A stretch of 64,000 bases of DNA from Rhizaria sp. SCN 62-66 (taxonomy: Eukaryota). The position numbers and the translations under genes were made by a program. Below are positions 44,801-57,308 of this stretch, piece by piece. Within the stretch, counting starts at the first letter, position 1. The number at the start of each line of letters is the position of its first letter. The stretch spans positions 1-64,000 of the forward strand of contig MEDY01000007.1 of NCBI GenBank assembly GCA_001724265.1, written 5' to 3'. The notes under the pieces are model-generated. The model was given only the letters and a program-made list of their open reading frames with translations, was not told where the DNA came from and did no database searches.

Positions 44801-46194
44801 GAAGCACGACGACCGCAGCATGCTGCAGCAGACGTCGCCGACGCTTGACGTTGACGACCTCTTTGGCAAGGATGTTGACTACACAGGTAGGTCTTACGTA
44901 GCAACGGATACTCTTTACATTGTTGCCGAACTTAACATAAATTCATTCTCTCTCATCTATTGATAGTTGCCCGTGCTTATTTTCTACACGCTCCCGTTGT
45001 TTAATTAATTAACTTCTGTTTTACATTTCAGGCTGCTGGCTAGAACTGCATTTGCACGTCGGTGGTGGTGGTGGTCACAGTGCCTGCGTGTCGCACGCGA
45101 GCATCTCTGTCACGCGCTCCCTGGCCCCGCTCTCGACGGCGCAGCTTGCGACCGTGGGCGCCCTGGGCGACGCCGCGTTGGCCGCGACTACGCGCGATGT
45201 CGTCAAGTTGACCAAGCAGACTGGCAAGACGGTAAATAAAAACGGATCGATGAATTCCATCGTCACGATGATCACCGAGGAAACTCGCGATTGCGTGACT
45301 GGCGAGCTCACGATCGCCTATCGTTCGGATGTCGAAACAGCAGCTATCGATGCTCCCAGCACGCCCGCTGTCACGGTGCCTGATAAAATGGTGCTGGTGA
45401 CGAAGCCGCTGCCGCAGCTCTCGCATGTGCTTCCGCGTGAGAGTGTTGAGCGCTTTGGGCACTATGTCTTTTTGACCGAGAAGGTTACGGCAACTCAAGA
45501 GCGTGCAAGCGCCATTACGGCGCTGGCTAAGCGCGCACAGCAGCGGTACTTGCGCAACACCGGTGTCCCTTCAAGTAGCACCAGAGGCGATAGTAGCGGT
45601 GACAGCAGTATTGGTACCATCGAGGTTTATGTCGGAACTGAGCGTTTGCTTTGCCACGCCACTGCGCTGCGTATGCTCACAGTTTCACGCGCTTACGTCA
45701 CAGAAGCAAGCAAATCTGGTTCTCGCTTCTCCCCCTCAGCGCATCTCAAGGAGATGAGGCACGCACTCAAGTTGGTGGAAACGAGCGTCGTCGCACATGC
45801 CCTGCGGACACATCCCCTCGGGAAGCATTTCATCGGGACAGGCGCCGCCGTGGGGGCGCAAGCTGGTGGCCACGGCGAGGACGACGAGATGTTTGCGCAG
45901 CTGCGTCGCCTCAGCGCACTGCAGTTAGTGCCTGACACGGGCCTCGGATACCTGTTCGGGCTCGACGCCGCGAGCCTGGCCGAAAGCGACCTCGCGACGC
46001 TGGCGCTCACTGCCGCGCCGCCGTGCCTGCGCCTGCCGCTGGGAGAGGCGTCCGTGGCGCACTGGCTCTGGGCCTCCACAGTCATGCCAAAGGCGGAGGA
46101 GGTGGCCGTGGACGATAGGCGGGACGTGGTCACGGCGCGGGCGCTGGAGATGATTGCGGCGGCGGCGGGATCGGCGGGGCGGACCAAGTGGTAA
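41853..46194 (+). CDS. Uncharacterised protein with two copies of an F-box-like + DQGWG/GGGGGH module; in-frame TAG at codon 36 (possible pseudogene)
   Basis: Exons 41853-44886 and 45032-46194 (GTAGGT...TTCAG). Repeat 1: HIARLPLY..LPFEAKMCIAEYLP..LTDPLLPGER..GCWWELW. Repeat 2: HVARLPLY..VPAAAMLQIAAYIP..VTDPFLRGER..WNDQGWG..GCWLELHLHVGGGGGH. TAG at 41958-41960. Confidence 0.7.
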
Positions 46195-46481
46195 ACATGT
46201 TCTTAAAAAGACCGGTTTGAATTCGAGTTATTTCGAAGAGATTCAAGTTTACTAGTATTATCTTGTCATAACTATTTCACCACTGAAGCATAATACGTAC
46301 GTACATTAACATGCGTATCCTACTACTGACCGCTATTGGCTGTCACCGGGCTATTAATAATAAAGACGTTCTTTATTGTCGAAATCAATACTTAAAACAC
46401 AGGTTATCATACAATTATCAAATGCACTGAACTATTTATAACATAAAATAAGAGACACACGGTAGGCGTGCGAAACTACGT

Positions 46482-49400
46482 TTACCTGTCAACTATTGCC
46501 CCTGCAAGAGCTTCAACTGCCTCCGGGCAGCTCTCCGCCGCCATATGAAGCAAGCGCCCCCACAGCTCAAGGCCAGACTCAGCAATATCGCGCTCGACTG
46601 AGGTAATGGCTGCTTGCTCCGCGTCCAACGCCGCAAATCCTTCCGCTAACGCGCGCTCCTCATCCTCGTTGGCGGCGTCCGCGTCGTCGCCGTGAGCAAC
46701 GCCCACCGACAGCGCGCTGGCGCGGACTGCAGTTGCGTTGATCAGCGCATCCCTCTGCGCCGCAATGTGACTCGCACGCACCTTGAGCGCGTGCGCCTGC
46801 GCGATTGCGCTGCCGATACTGTCGCAGAGCTGAGTCGCGTCGAAGGTGGCGAGTGCGGCGCCACCCTCAGAGAGCAAGTACGCGAGTGTGTGTGCTTGCT
46901 GCTCGGGGGCGGCGTCGACAACGGCGGCGCGAACCTCGAACAAATCGTCCTCGCTGACGGAAGAGGGGTTGCCGCCGTGCGAGAGTGTGCTTACTTCAGG
47001 ACCAATGTTGGGGTGAGGGGGCGAGAGAGGCGGTAGAGGGGGCAGCGAAAGCGACGGACGCGGCGCCGGAGCCCAACCTGAAGAGCCCACGTCATTGTGA
47101 GTGCTTGTATCCGTTTGCTGAGTGGTTGCCGGAACGTCGTTGTGGGAGACTGTGATGGCTTGGCGGCGCGAGAACTGAGAGTCTAAATCCTGGCTCGGCC
47201 GTGGTGTGACCAACAGCGCATTGCTGTTGATGCTACTGCTGCCACTACTTGCAGCCGCGACAGGGGCATTGGTATTTGCGTTGGTGGCCGCGTACGTATC
47301 GGTGTCAGCGTCAAGCTGGCCGCTGTTTGAGAAGTTAAGCCGCGTCTGTTGCATAGCCGCACCATTGCTCTCCTCATGATCGTCATCGTTGCCACTGTCG
47401 TTGCTGGTTGTCGCAGTCGCGCTTGGGTTAGCAGGAGCAGGCGTGATAAATCCACTATTGTGCTGCATTGCAACTGTAGTGACGCCGCTACGCGCACCCC
47501 GTGCGCTACCGACGCCGACAGCAGCCAAAGGAGGGTGCAGTGGAGGCTTCGTCACACCCTTGATACTCGCAGCCTTGGCAGTGGCGCTACTACCAGTGTT
47601 GGACGTGTAGCGCGAAGCAGGCACGGCGGATGCACTTTGGCCACAAACGCCGCTAGCACTACGCCGCTGCGCACTTGCGCTTGCCCCACTTGTACTAACA
47701 TTGCTGACTTGGGCGTCGCGGCCAATAGCGCTGCGGCTGCGACTACGGCTTTGTGTGAGCGAGCCTACGCTGGCACGCGTTAGCGAGTCAGTGCGCGGGC
47801 GGCCCACAGTCGCTGCGCCAGCAGCAGTGCTCGTGCCTTGCCCCTTTGCAGGCGTCGATGCGGAAGTCGCGGCAGCAGCCGCAGTCTTGGGCTGGGAGAG
47901 ACGCGCAACCATCAGTGCAACCTTCTCTTCCTTGCTCAATCCACCTGTGTTACTGTCAGCATGAGACACGGCCAGAGCGCGTTGCTTCGATGGCGTCTTG
48001 TCTATGTTGGCGCTTGCATCAACTCCAGTCCCTGCGACGCTTTGTTTGGGCTTGTAGCTGTGCGCGTGCGTCACCACGGGAGTCACCACACCGGTAGCCT
48101 GCGCCGTGAACGACATCGGCGCAGGTTTAGGCGAGTGCGGCGGCGACGGCGACCGGGGCTTCTGCTCCCACCGGGCTGCGGTGTCGTCCGGCGCCGGCAC
48201 TTGATGCAGCCGCTGGCCGAAGGGTGTAGGCACGACAGCACGCACCGCGCCCGCAGCAGCCACACGGTGGCGCTGGTCGTCGCTGTACCGGTAACTGCGT
48301 TCAGCCAGCAGCGCGGCCTCAAGTTGCAGCGTCTTTGCAGTCGCAGCAGCCATCATCGCCGTCGTGCGTTCGCCTTCGCGCACAGCCTCGGCGGCAGCGG
48401 CTTCCGCAGCATTAGCACGCGCGTTCGCAGCAGCAGCCGCAGCGAGCGCCGCACCCGCGCGCTGCCTTAACGCAATAAAGCGAGTCGACAGAGGCAGCGG
48501 TTCAGGCGGCGGGGCACCGCTCTCGGCCGCAGCCAGTGCTGCCATGACGACATCAGGCTCGGGCTCCACCCAGTTCTGAGCGCCGTCGCCGTCCTCATGC
48601 TGGAACTGTTGATGTGCAATTGCGACTGCAATCTGCTCCTCAGTCCCCGCGTTCAGTCCGTGAATCTGGCGCAGAAGTTTGAGCTCGCCCTCGGCAGCAC
48701 GGAGCCGCTCAGCCTCCGCACTCGCGCCCTCAGCGGCACCAGCCATTGCGTCGCGCCGCGCCTGCTCCGCCTGCAACGCAGCGCGCGTCTGCCCCAGCGC
48801 GGCCCGCGCGGTGGCGAGCTCGGCCTCGCGCTCGGCCAGCGACTGGCGCGCAGCGCGCTCGCGAGCAGTAGCTGATGCTAACCGATTCATCAGCCCGCGG
48901 CGCTCCACTGCCGCTGCGTCTAGCTTAGCCTTGGCGTTAGTGCCGGCTGCGAGCGAGATAGACTCGCGTTCCTCCGTTGCCGCAGCAATCTGCGCTTCGA
49001 ACTCTACGCGTTGCGCAGTGAGGCGACGCGTAAGCATCGCCTCCGCTTCAATGCGCTGCGCAGCTAATTTTGCTGAGAGCTCAGCGTTGACGGCCAACAG
49101 AGTCTCAATGCGCCGCGAGAACGCACCTGCCGCGACAGCAGTCTTGGCACCCGCAACAGTGTCGGCGTCGCCACGCTCCCGGCTCTTCACGCGGAGTGCG
49201 GCGACCTCAACCTCGAGCCGCGCTGCGTCAGCACGAGCCTTAGCGAGTTGGTCGCGCGTCTGCGCAAGAGTCTGCAGAGCGAGCATATGAGACTTCTTGG
49301 GAACCACGGTGTTGGCGTCAATGAGAGGCGGGAACAGAGCTTCAGCACCGCCTGATAAAGGTGCTGTGGAGCCGGCGTCAATCACAACATGGGGTTTGTT

Positions 49401-52400
49401 GCTTGTGGTTGCGTGCATGCTAGCATTAAGACCAGATGACTGCTGGCCCACGTTGTTGCCGGTGTTGTTCATGATGGTGACGGGTGTAGTAACAAACGAA
49501 GGAGAAGACTTGGTTTGACTGAGAGCGAGCGCGTTGTTGGACGTCGTCAAGCTGCCAGCAACAGTGCCACTGTGAAACTTTTGCGCAGTGGCCGCCGCCC
49601 TCCTCTCACGCTTCTCCCGTTCAGCCTCGAGCGCAACAAGGTTAAGCCGCACCGCTGCCTCTTGCTCGCCCATCGCGATGTCACGCTCAGTGGTGACTGC
49701 AGCGGCTCGCAGCTGAACGCGCGCGCGTGCGCGCTCGACAGCAGCCTGCTGAGCGCTAAGTCGCAGGTCCACGGCGGCGGTGGCAGCGGCCTCGAGCGCG
49801 GTCGCTTCCTCCTGGGCTGCGGCGGCAGCCGCGAGCGCGATAGCAGCGTCGGCGATCATGGTACTGCTCGACGACGAGTTGTTGCCAGTGGAGCTTTGTA
49901 CCGTCGCGGAGCGAGAGGGACGCGGAGCACTTGCCATGACACCCGCACCAGCGTTAGCAGCTGCGGGGCGCGCCGCTGCTGTAGCGTTGTTGTGAGCGCC
50001 CGTGCTGGAATTAGGGCGCGAGGCGCGGGGTGGGTCACGACGGATGGTAGAGCCAAACGCTGCCAAAGGCAGAGCAGACCCGCCAGCATTGTTCACCGCG
50101 CCCGTGCCCGTGGCAGCACGGGAGCGAGACGTTGAAGGCCCCGTGGTTGCAGTCAGCGTGCGCGAGAGGGATACCAGGTTGCCGCTGCCGCGCGTCTGCG
50201 TTCCGTGGTCGTGCTGGGTCACTGTGCTCTGGTCGCGAGTCGCGCTCTCAGTGACTGCGAATAGTTCACTGATCTGACCGACAGCAGCAGGCGCAGCGTG
50301 AATGACTGCGGGCGCAGTCGCGTCTGCGCTGGGGACTGTGGGCGTGATGTTGATTGTGGTCGAGGTTGTCTGCACCTGACCGTTCGGACCCTGTGTAAGG
50401 GTGCTTGTCACGGACACAGTCGGCGCGTTGGCACTCATACCAGATACGGTCGAGCTAACAACGGGAGCACTTGAAGTGGAGGCTGAAGGTGCAGCAGAGA
50501 CAACCGCGACATTGCTGGCATTTGCGCTCGTGGTGCTGCTGTCGGCTGTAAAGGCAGAGCCACTAATGGAGACATCAACAACGTGACTGTGGGGACCACG
50601 GGTATGCTCTGCATCAACGACAGCATCCGCATATGTACCCACTACTGCAGGCTCCGCCGCAACGCGAGCTTTGTCGGTCGCGCTGTTAATGTTGCACGTT
50701 ACGGAGCTTGCCTGAAGTCCACCACCAGCGGTATGAATTGGAGCTGTGTCTTGATTATGAGTAGCGGTTGCCGTAGGAACAGCGATATGAGCGGTGTCAA
50801 ACGCAATCGCCGTCGCAACATCCTCGCAACAACCAGCGTAGGTTGCAGCATCAGCCACACTCAAAGAACGTGAATTGTGAGTGGTAGTGTTTGTTTCGGT
50901 TGCCATTGAGATCGTTCGAGAAGGAGAAAGCGCATACGACTCGCGCACAGGCGTGTTGCCCACATTCACCATGCGGGGACGCATGTGACTACGTTCGTCA
51001 TGACCGTTATCGTTCACAGCAAACATGGATGCGCGCGGATCGACATCATCATCGGCATTGGTGAAGGCGGCATCATTGTTGCCGGCATCCTCATAATACT
51101 CAGGCTGCGACTGCAGCTGCTGCTTGCTCATGTTGTTAACACCGGGCCTTTGCACACCAATATGCATGCTTGCGGGCCGGTTGTGCTCTTGACTGGATGC
51201 ACTGACATTGTCAGTGCTATCGTAGTAAGACTGGCCGTAGTTTGCCTGAGCAAGTGCAGCAACCCTCTCGCGCTCCCTCGCTTCGCGCAGCGGCGCGTAC
51301 ACGGCGACCGCCGCCCTGAACTCAGGCCATTGCGTCTCAAACGCGTCGCGCACACTCGGTCCCTGCGCCGAAAACACGCGCTCCGCCTCGCCGGGCCAGC
51401 GCCGCCACGCGCGGTACAGCACGCCGCGCGCGAACTCACGCATCGCGCCGTTTGCGTGGCACAGCAGCGAGGACGAGAGCACCGAGAAGAGCGCACTCTG
51501 GACGCTGCTGTGGCGCTGCAGCCATGACGGCAGCAGCGGGGCAGTGGCGCCAGCGTCCGCAGCGGCGGCGGCAGCGGCGCCGGGTGCGGCGTCGAGCGTG
51601 TCCTGCGCCCAGCGGCGAACGGCGACGTCGACGACAGCGGCCGCAGCCAGTGCCTGGCGCGGGCGCAGTGCCTCTCGCGCCTGCGTGAGCGCCAGGATGA
51701 GTACGTACGGATGCTGCGCAACGTTTGCAATCGCGGCAACTGCGGAAGCGGCGGCATCCGCGAGGACCTTTGTGGTCGACGCGGAGAGTGCGATCAGAGC
51801 GGGGAGCAAGTCGTCAGCAAGCACGCAGAAAGTGACACCGCACGCAGCCGCAATGGCTGTGATCGCAGTAGCAGCGGTCTTGGGGATCTGCGAGCGCGAA
51901 TCCTTGGTCTGGTGAGCAAGTGGCGGCGTCAGAGGAAGCAGTCTGCGCGCGAGCGCTGTGCGCGCTGCCTCTGAGTGACCGTGGGCTGCCAGAAACGAGT
52001 TTAGACGCGCGGGGATGGCGTGTAGTGCGTCTAGGCGAGCGCGCCAGGAGGCTTGCGCACAATCGGACAACAGCAATACTGTGGCAGCAACTTCTGACGT
52101 TGATAGCGGACCATTGCTTGCAGTGTTGGCGGAAGCAGCAAACTTGGCGGGTGTGACGATAGGTGCCGAGGTTAAAGCACCAATGTTAATGCTATTGAAG
52201 TTGATGTGAAGCTCACGAGTGCTCTCAAGGTTCGCGGCAAGAATCGCAGTCGAGACGGCTGCAGTTGCACCCTGGCGCTTCGCAGCCACGCTTGACTCAT
52301 TCTCTTGCACGGGTTTCGCAGAGTTAGCATCGCCACTGACTGCAAGTGTGCTCGCGCGACTCGCGTCTTTAGTGAACACGAGCGCGCGAGTTGCTGTTGT

Positions 52401-52637
52401 CCGATCCGGAGTGTGTGTAGGATCGATCCGCCGGTTGCCGCCGTTGACATTCACGGGCGAGTGCACAACACCACCTTTCACCGCGATCGACGTCTTGGCC
52501 GCGATCGGAGAGTGCACGACGGCTGGCTTGGTCGAGATGCCAAGACGAGGGAAACGCTGAGCGGCAAACGCAGGCACAGGTACGTCGTCATGAGACGCGT
52601 AACCACTGCTGCCAGAGCTCGTGGGCGCCTGCTGTTG

Positions 52638-52670
<33 letters not shown>

Positions 52671-54766
52671 TGGCACCTGCTGTTGGCGTTGATACTGAGA
52701 AGGCTGTTGCTGTGGCAACTGCGAAGACAACGACGCCTGTGAGCGCGACCGCGACCGAGACTTACTGCTTACCTTTTCCGTGTGAGGGAACGTAACGCGG
52801 CGCCGCGCTCTGTCAGTCTCAGCCTGACTATGACTGTCATCGACGCTGTCGCTCGAAAACGCAGAGCGAGGGCCGCGGTGCGGGCTCGGGCTCGGGCTGT
52901 GCGCAGAGCGGCCGAGCCTGTTGGACGACACAAACACCTGGCCATTAGCAGCTGCAGAGGAGGGCCTGTTCGGAGTCTGTCCGCCAGCAACCGCAGTCGC
53001 AGCGGCAGAGTCTGCGGCCACCCGCGGCCCGCGCTTCTGCGCAAGCCGAGCCAAGCGCGGTGGCAAGCGAGCGGCGGCCGCGGCCAGGGCCTCAGCGTGC
53101 GCGCGCTCGCTCTGCGCCCACCCGCAGTCGCAGTCGGGGTCGACAGCCGTCCCGTCCTCTCTGAGCGACGCGCATGTGGCGCTATGGTCGTCGTGGACGG
53201 GCTGCGGCGGCGGCAATGCGGCGAGGTCGACATAGAATGCAACAGGAGCGGGATGGGAAGGAGATATAGGCTCACGGCTACTCGGTTGCTCAATGCTTGC
53301 ACTAAAGACTTGAGTGTTGTTGATGCTTGTCGCAGTACTTGTGTGGGGTTGCGCACGGTTGCTATTTTGGTTGCTCAGCCGACTTGGCAAGAGTGCCGCC
53401 TGTACGCCCCAAAGTGAGTCATATCCCTGGGTAGCAGTATGCCTGCTCTCTGTTGCTCTCAAGTTTGTGTGCACGTTACTACGCACGACGAAGTCATCGT
53501 TGTCATCATGACACCTAGCAGCAGAATCGCAAGTGTCAACATCATAGCCGTCTGCACCGTCAAAGTTAGTGTCACTGTAGTTGTCATTTTCCGCAGCATA
53601 CACGGTTGCAGCGGTCATGGCGCCAGGGTGATTGTTGTCGTCGCCGTTGTCGTCATCGTCCGAGTCATAGCGCGTGTCATGAGCAATATCCGGGACAGTA
53701 TCATCACTGGGAACCACAGCAACACCATCGTCATAGTCATCATCGTTGTCGCTAGCCATAACATCGTTGACAACAACAGCAACAGGAACAGCGCAATTTG
53801 TTGTCACAGCGCTGGCATCAACGAACGGCACTGTATCAGTGATATGGGCAGCAACAGGGACGGCTGGAGTTGTAGCTGCAGGAGCAGTGGTGATAACACC
53901 AGAAGTTGTGGCGTTGGCACTGGCGCGCGAAGGCGTTGGGGGCGCAATGCGAGTTGATTGGTTGCGGTTGCTGCCACCAGAAAACGCAGCTGCGACAGGT
54001 AACAGCGGAGTGTTTGAGATAGAAGCAGTAGCGATCGTCGGACTAGCATTGTGAACGACTGCAGTTGCTGTTGTGGATGCAGTTGCTGTTGACGTGGGAC
54101 GAAGCCTGTTGCTCCCGCCGCTGCAACTGGTAGATAGACTGGGGACAGTCACTGCAGCGTTTGCGCTGGGATCATGCGCTGCTAAGCCTGCGCTGAAGCT
54201 TGCGTTGACGCCTGTGTTGTCTGCGTCTGTGAAGTGGGCACGCGTCACGGTTAACACAACACGAGACTGCGGACCAGCGTTTTCGCTCTTCAGCACAGCC
54301 TCCACAGACACAGAATCCTGCTCGCTACTGGCGCCAGAGAAGCTCGAGCTGCCAGGGGCGGGGTCTGAGCAGCAGAGCTCGACAGCTGTTGCGAGACTGA
54401 TGTGGTGGGTGCTCACGACCGAAGCGTCGTGCGAGATAGTGACTGTGAGCGAGGATCCGGCAGGAAGAGTGGTCCACGGAATAGAATTGTCGTCAAAAGG
54501 AAGCTTGATGGGAACAGAGAGCTTTGAAGGTGTGTTGTGCGTCGCGGAAGCGAGGGGGAGTGGTGGCTGGGAAGGAACGTCTAGTTGCGCTTCCAAACGC
54601 CACAAACCGTTCTTGCTCTCACCACCAAACCTATAGAAAACAATTATCATCGAAAACAAAAAGTATTAGCTGAAAGCTTCCCTATTCTTAAATATACATC
54701 AACGCCGGCTTATTTGGAGACGTACTGGTAGCTTAGAGAGAGTAGGTTACAGAACAACGAAGTCAT
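46482..54766 (-). CDS. Very large (about 2730 aa) protein with a CLASP-N/TOG-like HEAT domain, coiled coils and long low-complexity regions, 2 exons
   Basis: Exons 54766-54726 and 54630-46482 (95-nt GTACGT...TAG intron). TOG-like WRARLDAL..TKDSRSQIPKTA..LLPALI..STTKVLADAA around 51300-52070; coiled coil around 48650-49270. Confidence 0.75.
52629..52671 (-). repeat. CAG/CAA trinucleotide repeat encoding poly-Gln
   Basis: (CTG/TTG)n on the + strand; the run QQQQQQQQQQQQQQ in the ORF translation. Confidence 0.85.
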
Positions 54767-55460
54767 CGAGGTCCTGACCTTCCTGCGAAGTAAGTTCTGG
54801 GTTGTATACGAGGACTCTCAGACTATTAAAAGAAAAAAGAAAGGAAAGTGCCATGACCAAAAGGAAAATTCAGCTAACATTTTAATTGCACGAATGAATA
54901 CAGAGATCCGACTTCAAGTCTAACGGACTTCACTCGACCCCAACCCTTGTCTTCCAACGGCTAGAAACGTGTCGAAACATCACTTTCAGCTAAATTATCA
55001 TGTCAACTGCACTGGAATGATACATCGCATTATGAACCACATGGGCAATACTGTCTATATAATAAACCACGGTTTTATTCGCTAATAGTACATGCTACAG
55101 AGATATAACATGAAAAACGCAGTTGGGCCTGAGCTGCCAAACACTTGAACTTGGCACACTATCACGGCTTGCGAGTCAAAACTGGCCATAGCAGCTACAA
55201 AACCTATTACTAAATAACAATTAGATGCGATTGTGTCTACACCACACGATCCTCCCGCACATAATACAAACACCTTGTGGGTTTAACTGGCGACGCCATT
55301 GCTGAGGTGACGCGGCGAATACGTCTTAAGCCAACCTACATCAACGATTCACAATCACACGGAAAAAGCATCACACGACCAGCTGACAATCTAGCAGCGA
55401 CGCATGTGCAGCATTGCATATGATCACATCACGCCAGAATTGTTGATAAACAAGACATGT

Positions 55461-56321
55461 TCATGACACAGCAAGCGTGCCAGCACGCATCTTCGCGCTC
55501 GCAATCCACAAGTCGGACGCCTCTGCGTACAGATTGTGCTCAAGGACGCGCATCCACTCGCGCTTAGCGTCTTCGCGCCCACTCTTGTCGCTGCTAACTC
55601 CGGCATTCAGACTCACAGCAACACGCGCTGCAGTGACGCCCACCCCAGCCGTGGCCGTCATCGTCGCCGGCGGCGCAGTGGGGCGGATGTACACCGACCG
55701 TGACCGGCGGTCCGTGACAACAAACACGTCACTGGCCGGTCCCTTGACCACCTTACCCTCGCTCAGCCCGACCTCTTTGAGTACATCACCAGTACGCGTG
55801 CACGCGAACTGCATCACCAGGCCGTCGACGACGAGGTTGTATTTGCGGTACAGGCCCCAAGAGCCAAAGCGCGCCAAGACGGGGCCTTGCAGAGAGGCCG
55901 AGCGCGCGCCGCGGCGAAGACGCGCGAGCTGTGCGCTGCTCACCGGACCGCCCGCACCGCCGCTGCCGCCGTTGTGGTGGTTGGCGCTCGCGCTGTTGTT
56001 GCTGGGGTTGTAGCTGTAGCTGGCACTGGCGCTGTGGCGCGAGATAGAGTGCTCAGGGCGGGCGCTTACGCGACTGGGCTCGTGGTTGCCGTTGGCGCCT
56101 TGGACGTCACTGTCGTCATCGCTTTTATCGTAGTCGCTGTCAAAGTCGTCGCCTTCTCCGTCATTGTTGCGAGTGGAGAGCAGATTATTCTGGTTCTTCC
56201 AAAGCCAGAGGCGACTTGCAGCAAGAACTGTAGTGCGGGTAATGTAGGAGCGGGACTCAGGAATGAGCGCAGCAAGAAGACAGAAGAATACCGCCCATAT
56301 GAGAGCGTCGTCGAACGTCAT
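55461..56321 (-). CDS. N-terminally membrane-anchored PH-domain-like protein
   Basis: Hydrophobic ALIWAVFFCLLAALIP, an acidic/Ser linker, then LQGPVLARFGSWGLYRKYNLVV..FVVTD..SVYIR..EDAKREWMRVL (PH beta-strand pattern and terminal Trp helix). Confidence 0.65.
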   Translation of the reverse strand: MTFDDALIWAVFFCLLAALIPESRSYITRTTVLAASRLWLWKNQNNLLSTRNNDGEGDDFDSDYDKSDDDSDVQGANGNHEPSRVSARPEHSISRHSASASYSYNPSNNSASANHHNGGSGGAGGPVSSAQLARLRRGARSASLQGPVLARFGSWGLYRKYNLVVDGLVMQFACTRTGDVLKEVGLSEGKVVKGPASDVFVVTDRRSRSVYIRPTAPPATMTATAGVGVTAARVAVSLNAGVSSDKSGREDAKREWMRVLEHNLYAEASDLWIASAKMRAGTLAVS

Positions 56322-57308
56322 GCGCGCGACACAACTCCACCAGTGGACTGTCTCAAGCTGCGAAAATTTTAAAGGATGCCAGGACAAAATATCGTGAGTT
56401 TTAGAGTGTATAATAAGAAAAGGGTATATGACAAGTAGATTCTTCATCAAAATTGCGGCTAGCATTCCACTTGTCGTTCGGAAAGCGAAGACCTATGTGT
56501 TCAAAATTCTCTCAAGATAGGAGCACGACGTCGTCAGCCAGCTGGCAGTGATGAGCGACCGTATTGTTCATATTTTGACATTGCAACACCACGCTCAGCT
56601 AATGCGTTGTTTGGCCGCGTAATATGAAAAAAATATGGTGTGACAGTCGTGATTTAACAGGGTTATGTATTGATTTGTTGTATAGGCGAACACCTAGTGC
56701 GCATATGCCTCCTGTCATACTTCCTCGCTGCAGCTGATAATAAGCGACAACAAGCAGCGACCAGAAAGTCAAACTTGAAATTTGGCAAATGGTCGCTGCC
56801 TCAGTCTCCCTCTTGTCCTGCTTCACTGAGCAAAACTTACACTGCAAACTCATCGTCACTCACAAGAGCACGTCTCAGCATTTGTGTGAGTGTAACTCTG
56901 TGACAATGCGTTTGTGTGTGCGCAAGTTGTTTGCTTTTACTGTTGCGCTATTGTTCGTGTCACATCGCTCATCTTTATCGCGCTGATCTCACAAACAAAG
57001 CTTCATATAAAAGTGAAATCAAATCACCGTTAATTGGTGATATGACTCCGAGACAACAGACGTTGAAACAGACTCAGTCGAGGCAAGGGAAACTAAAGGA
57101 ATACACTGCCCTACGCCTCACCAGTTGGAGAGGGAGCAAGGTAGCACGTACAACATTGGGTTATACTATTTTATAGCACAGTCACACGCACAAGGGTTGA
57201 TTATCATCGTTTGCGTGCCGGTGCTATTTGTTTTTAGTTGCTAGGTAACAGAACTATCTTACAGCTATGAGATGAGTGGTCGATCGTCAGATTGTTGGAT
57301 CGGATTAC

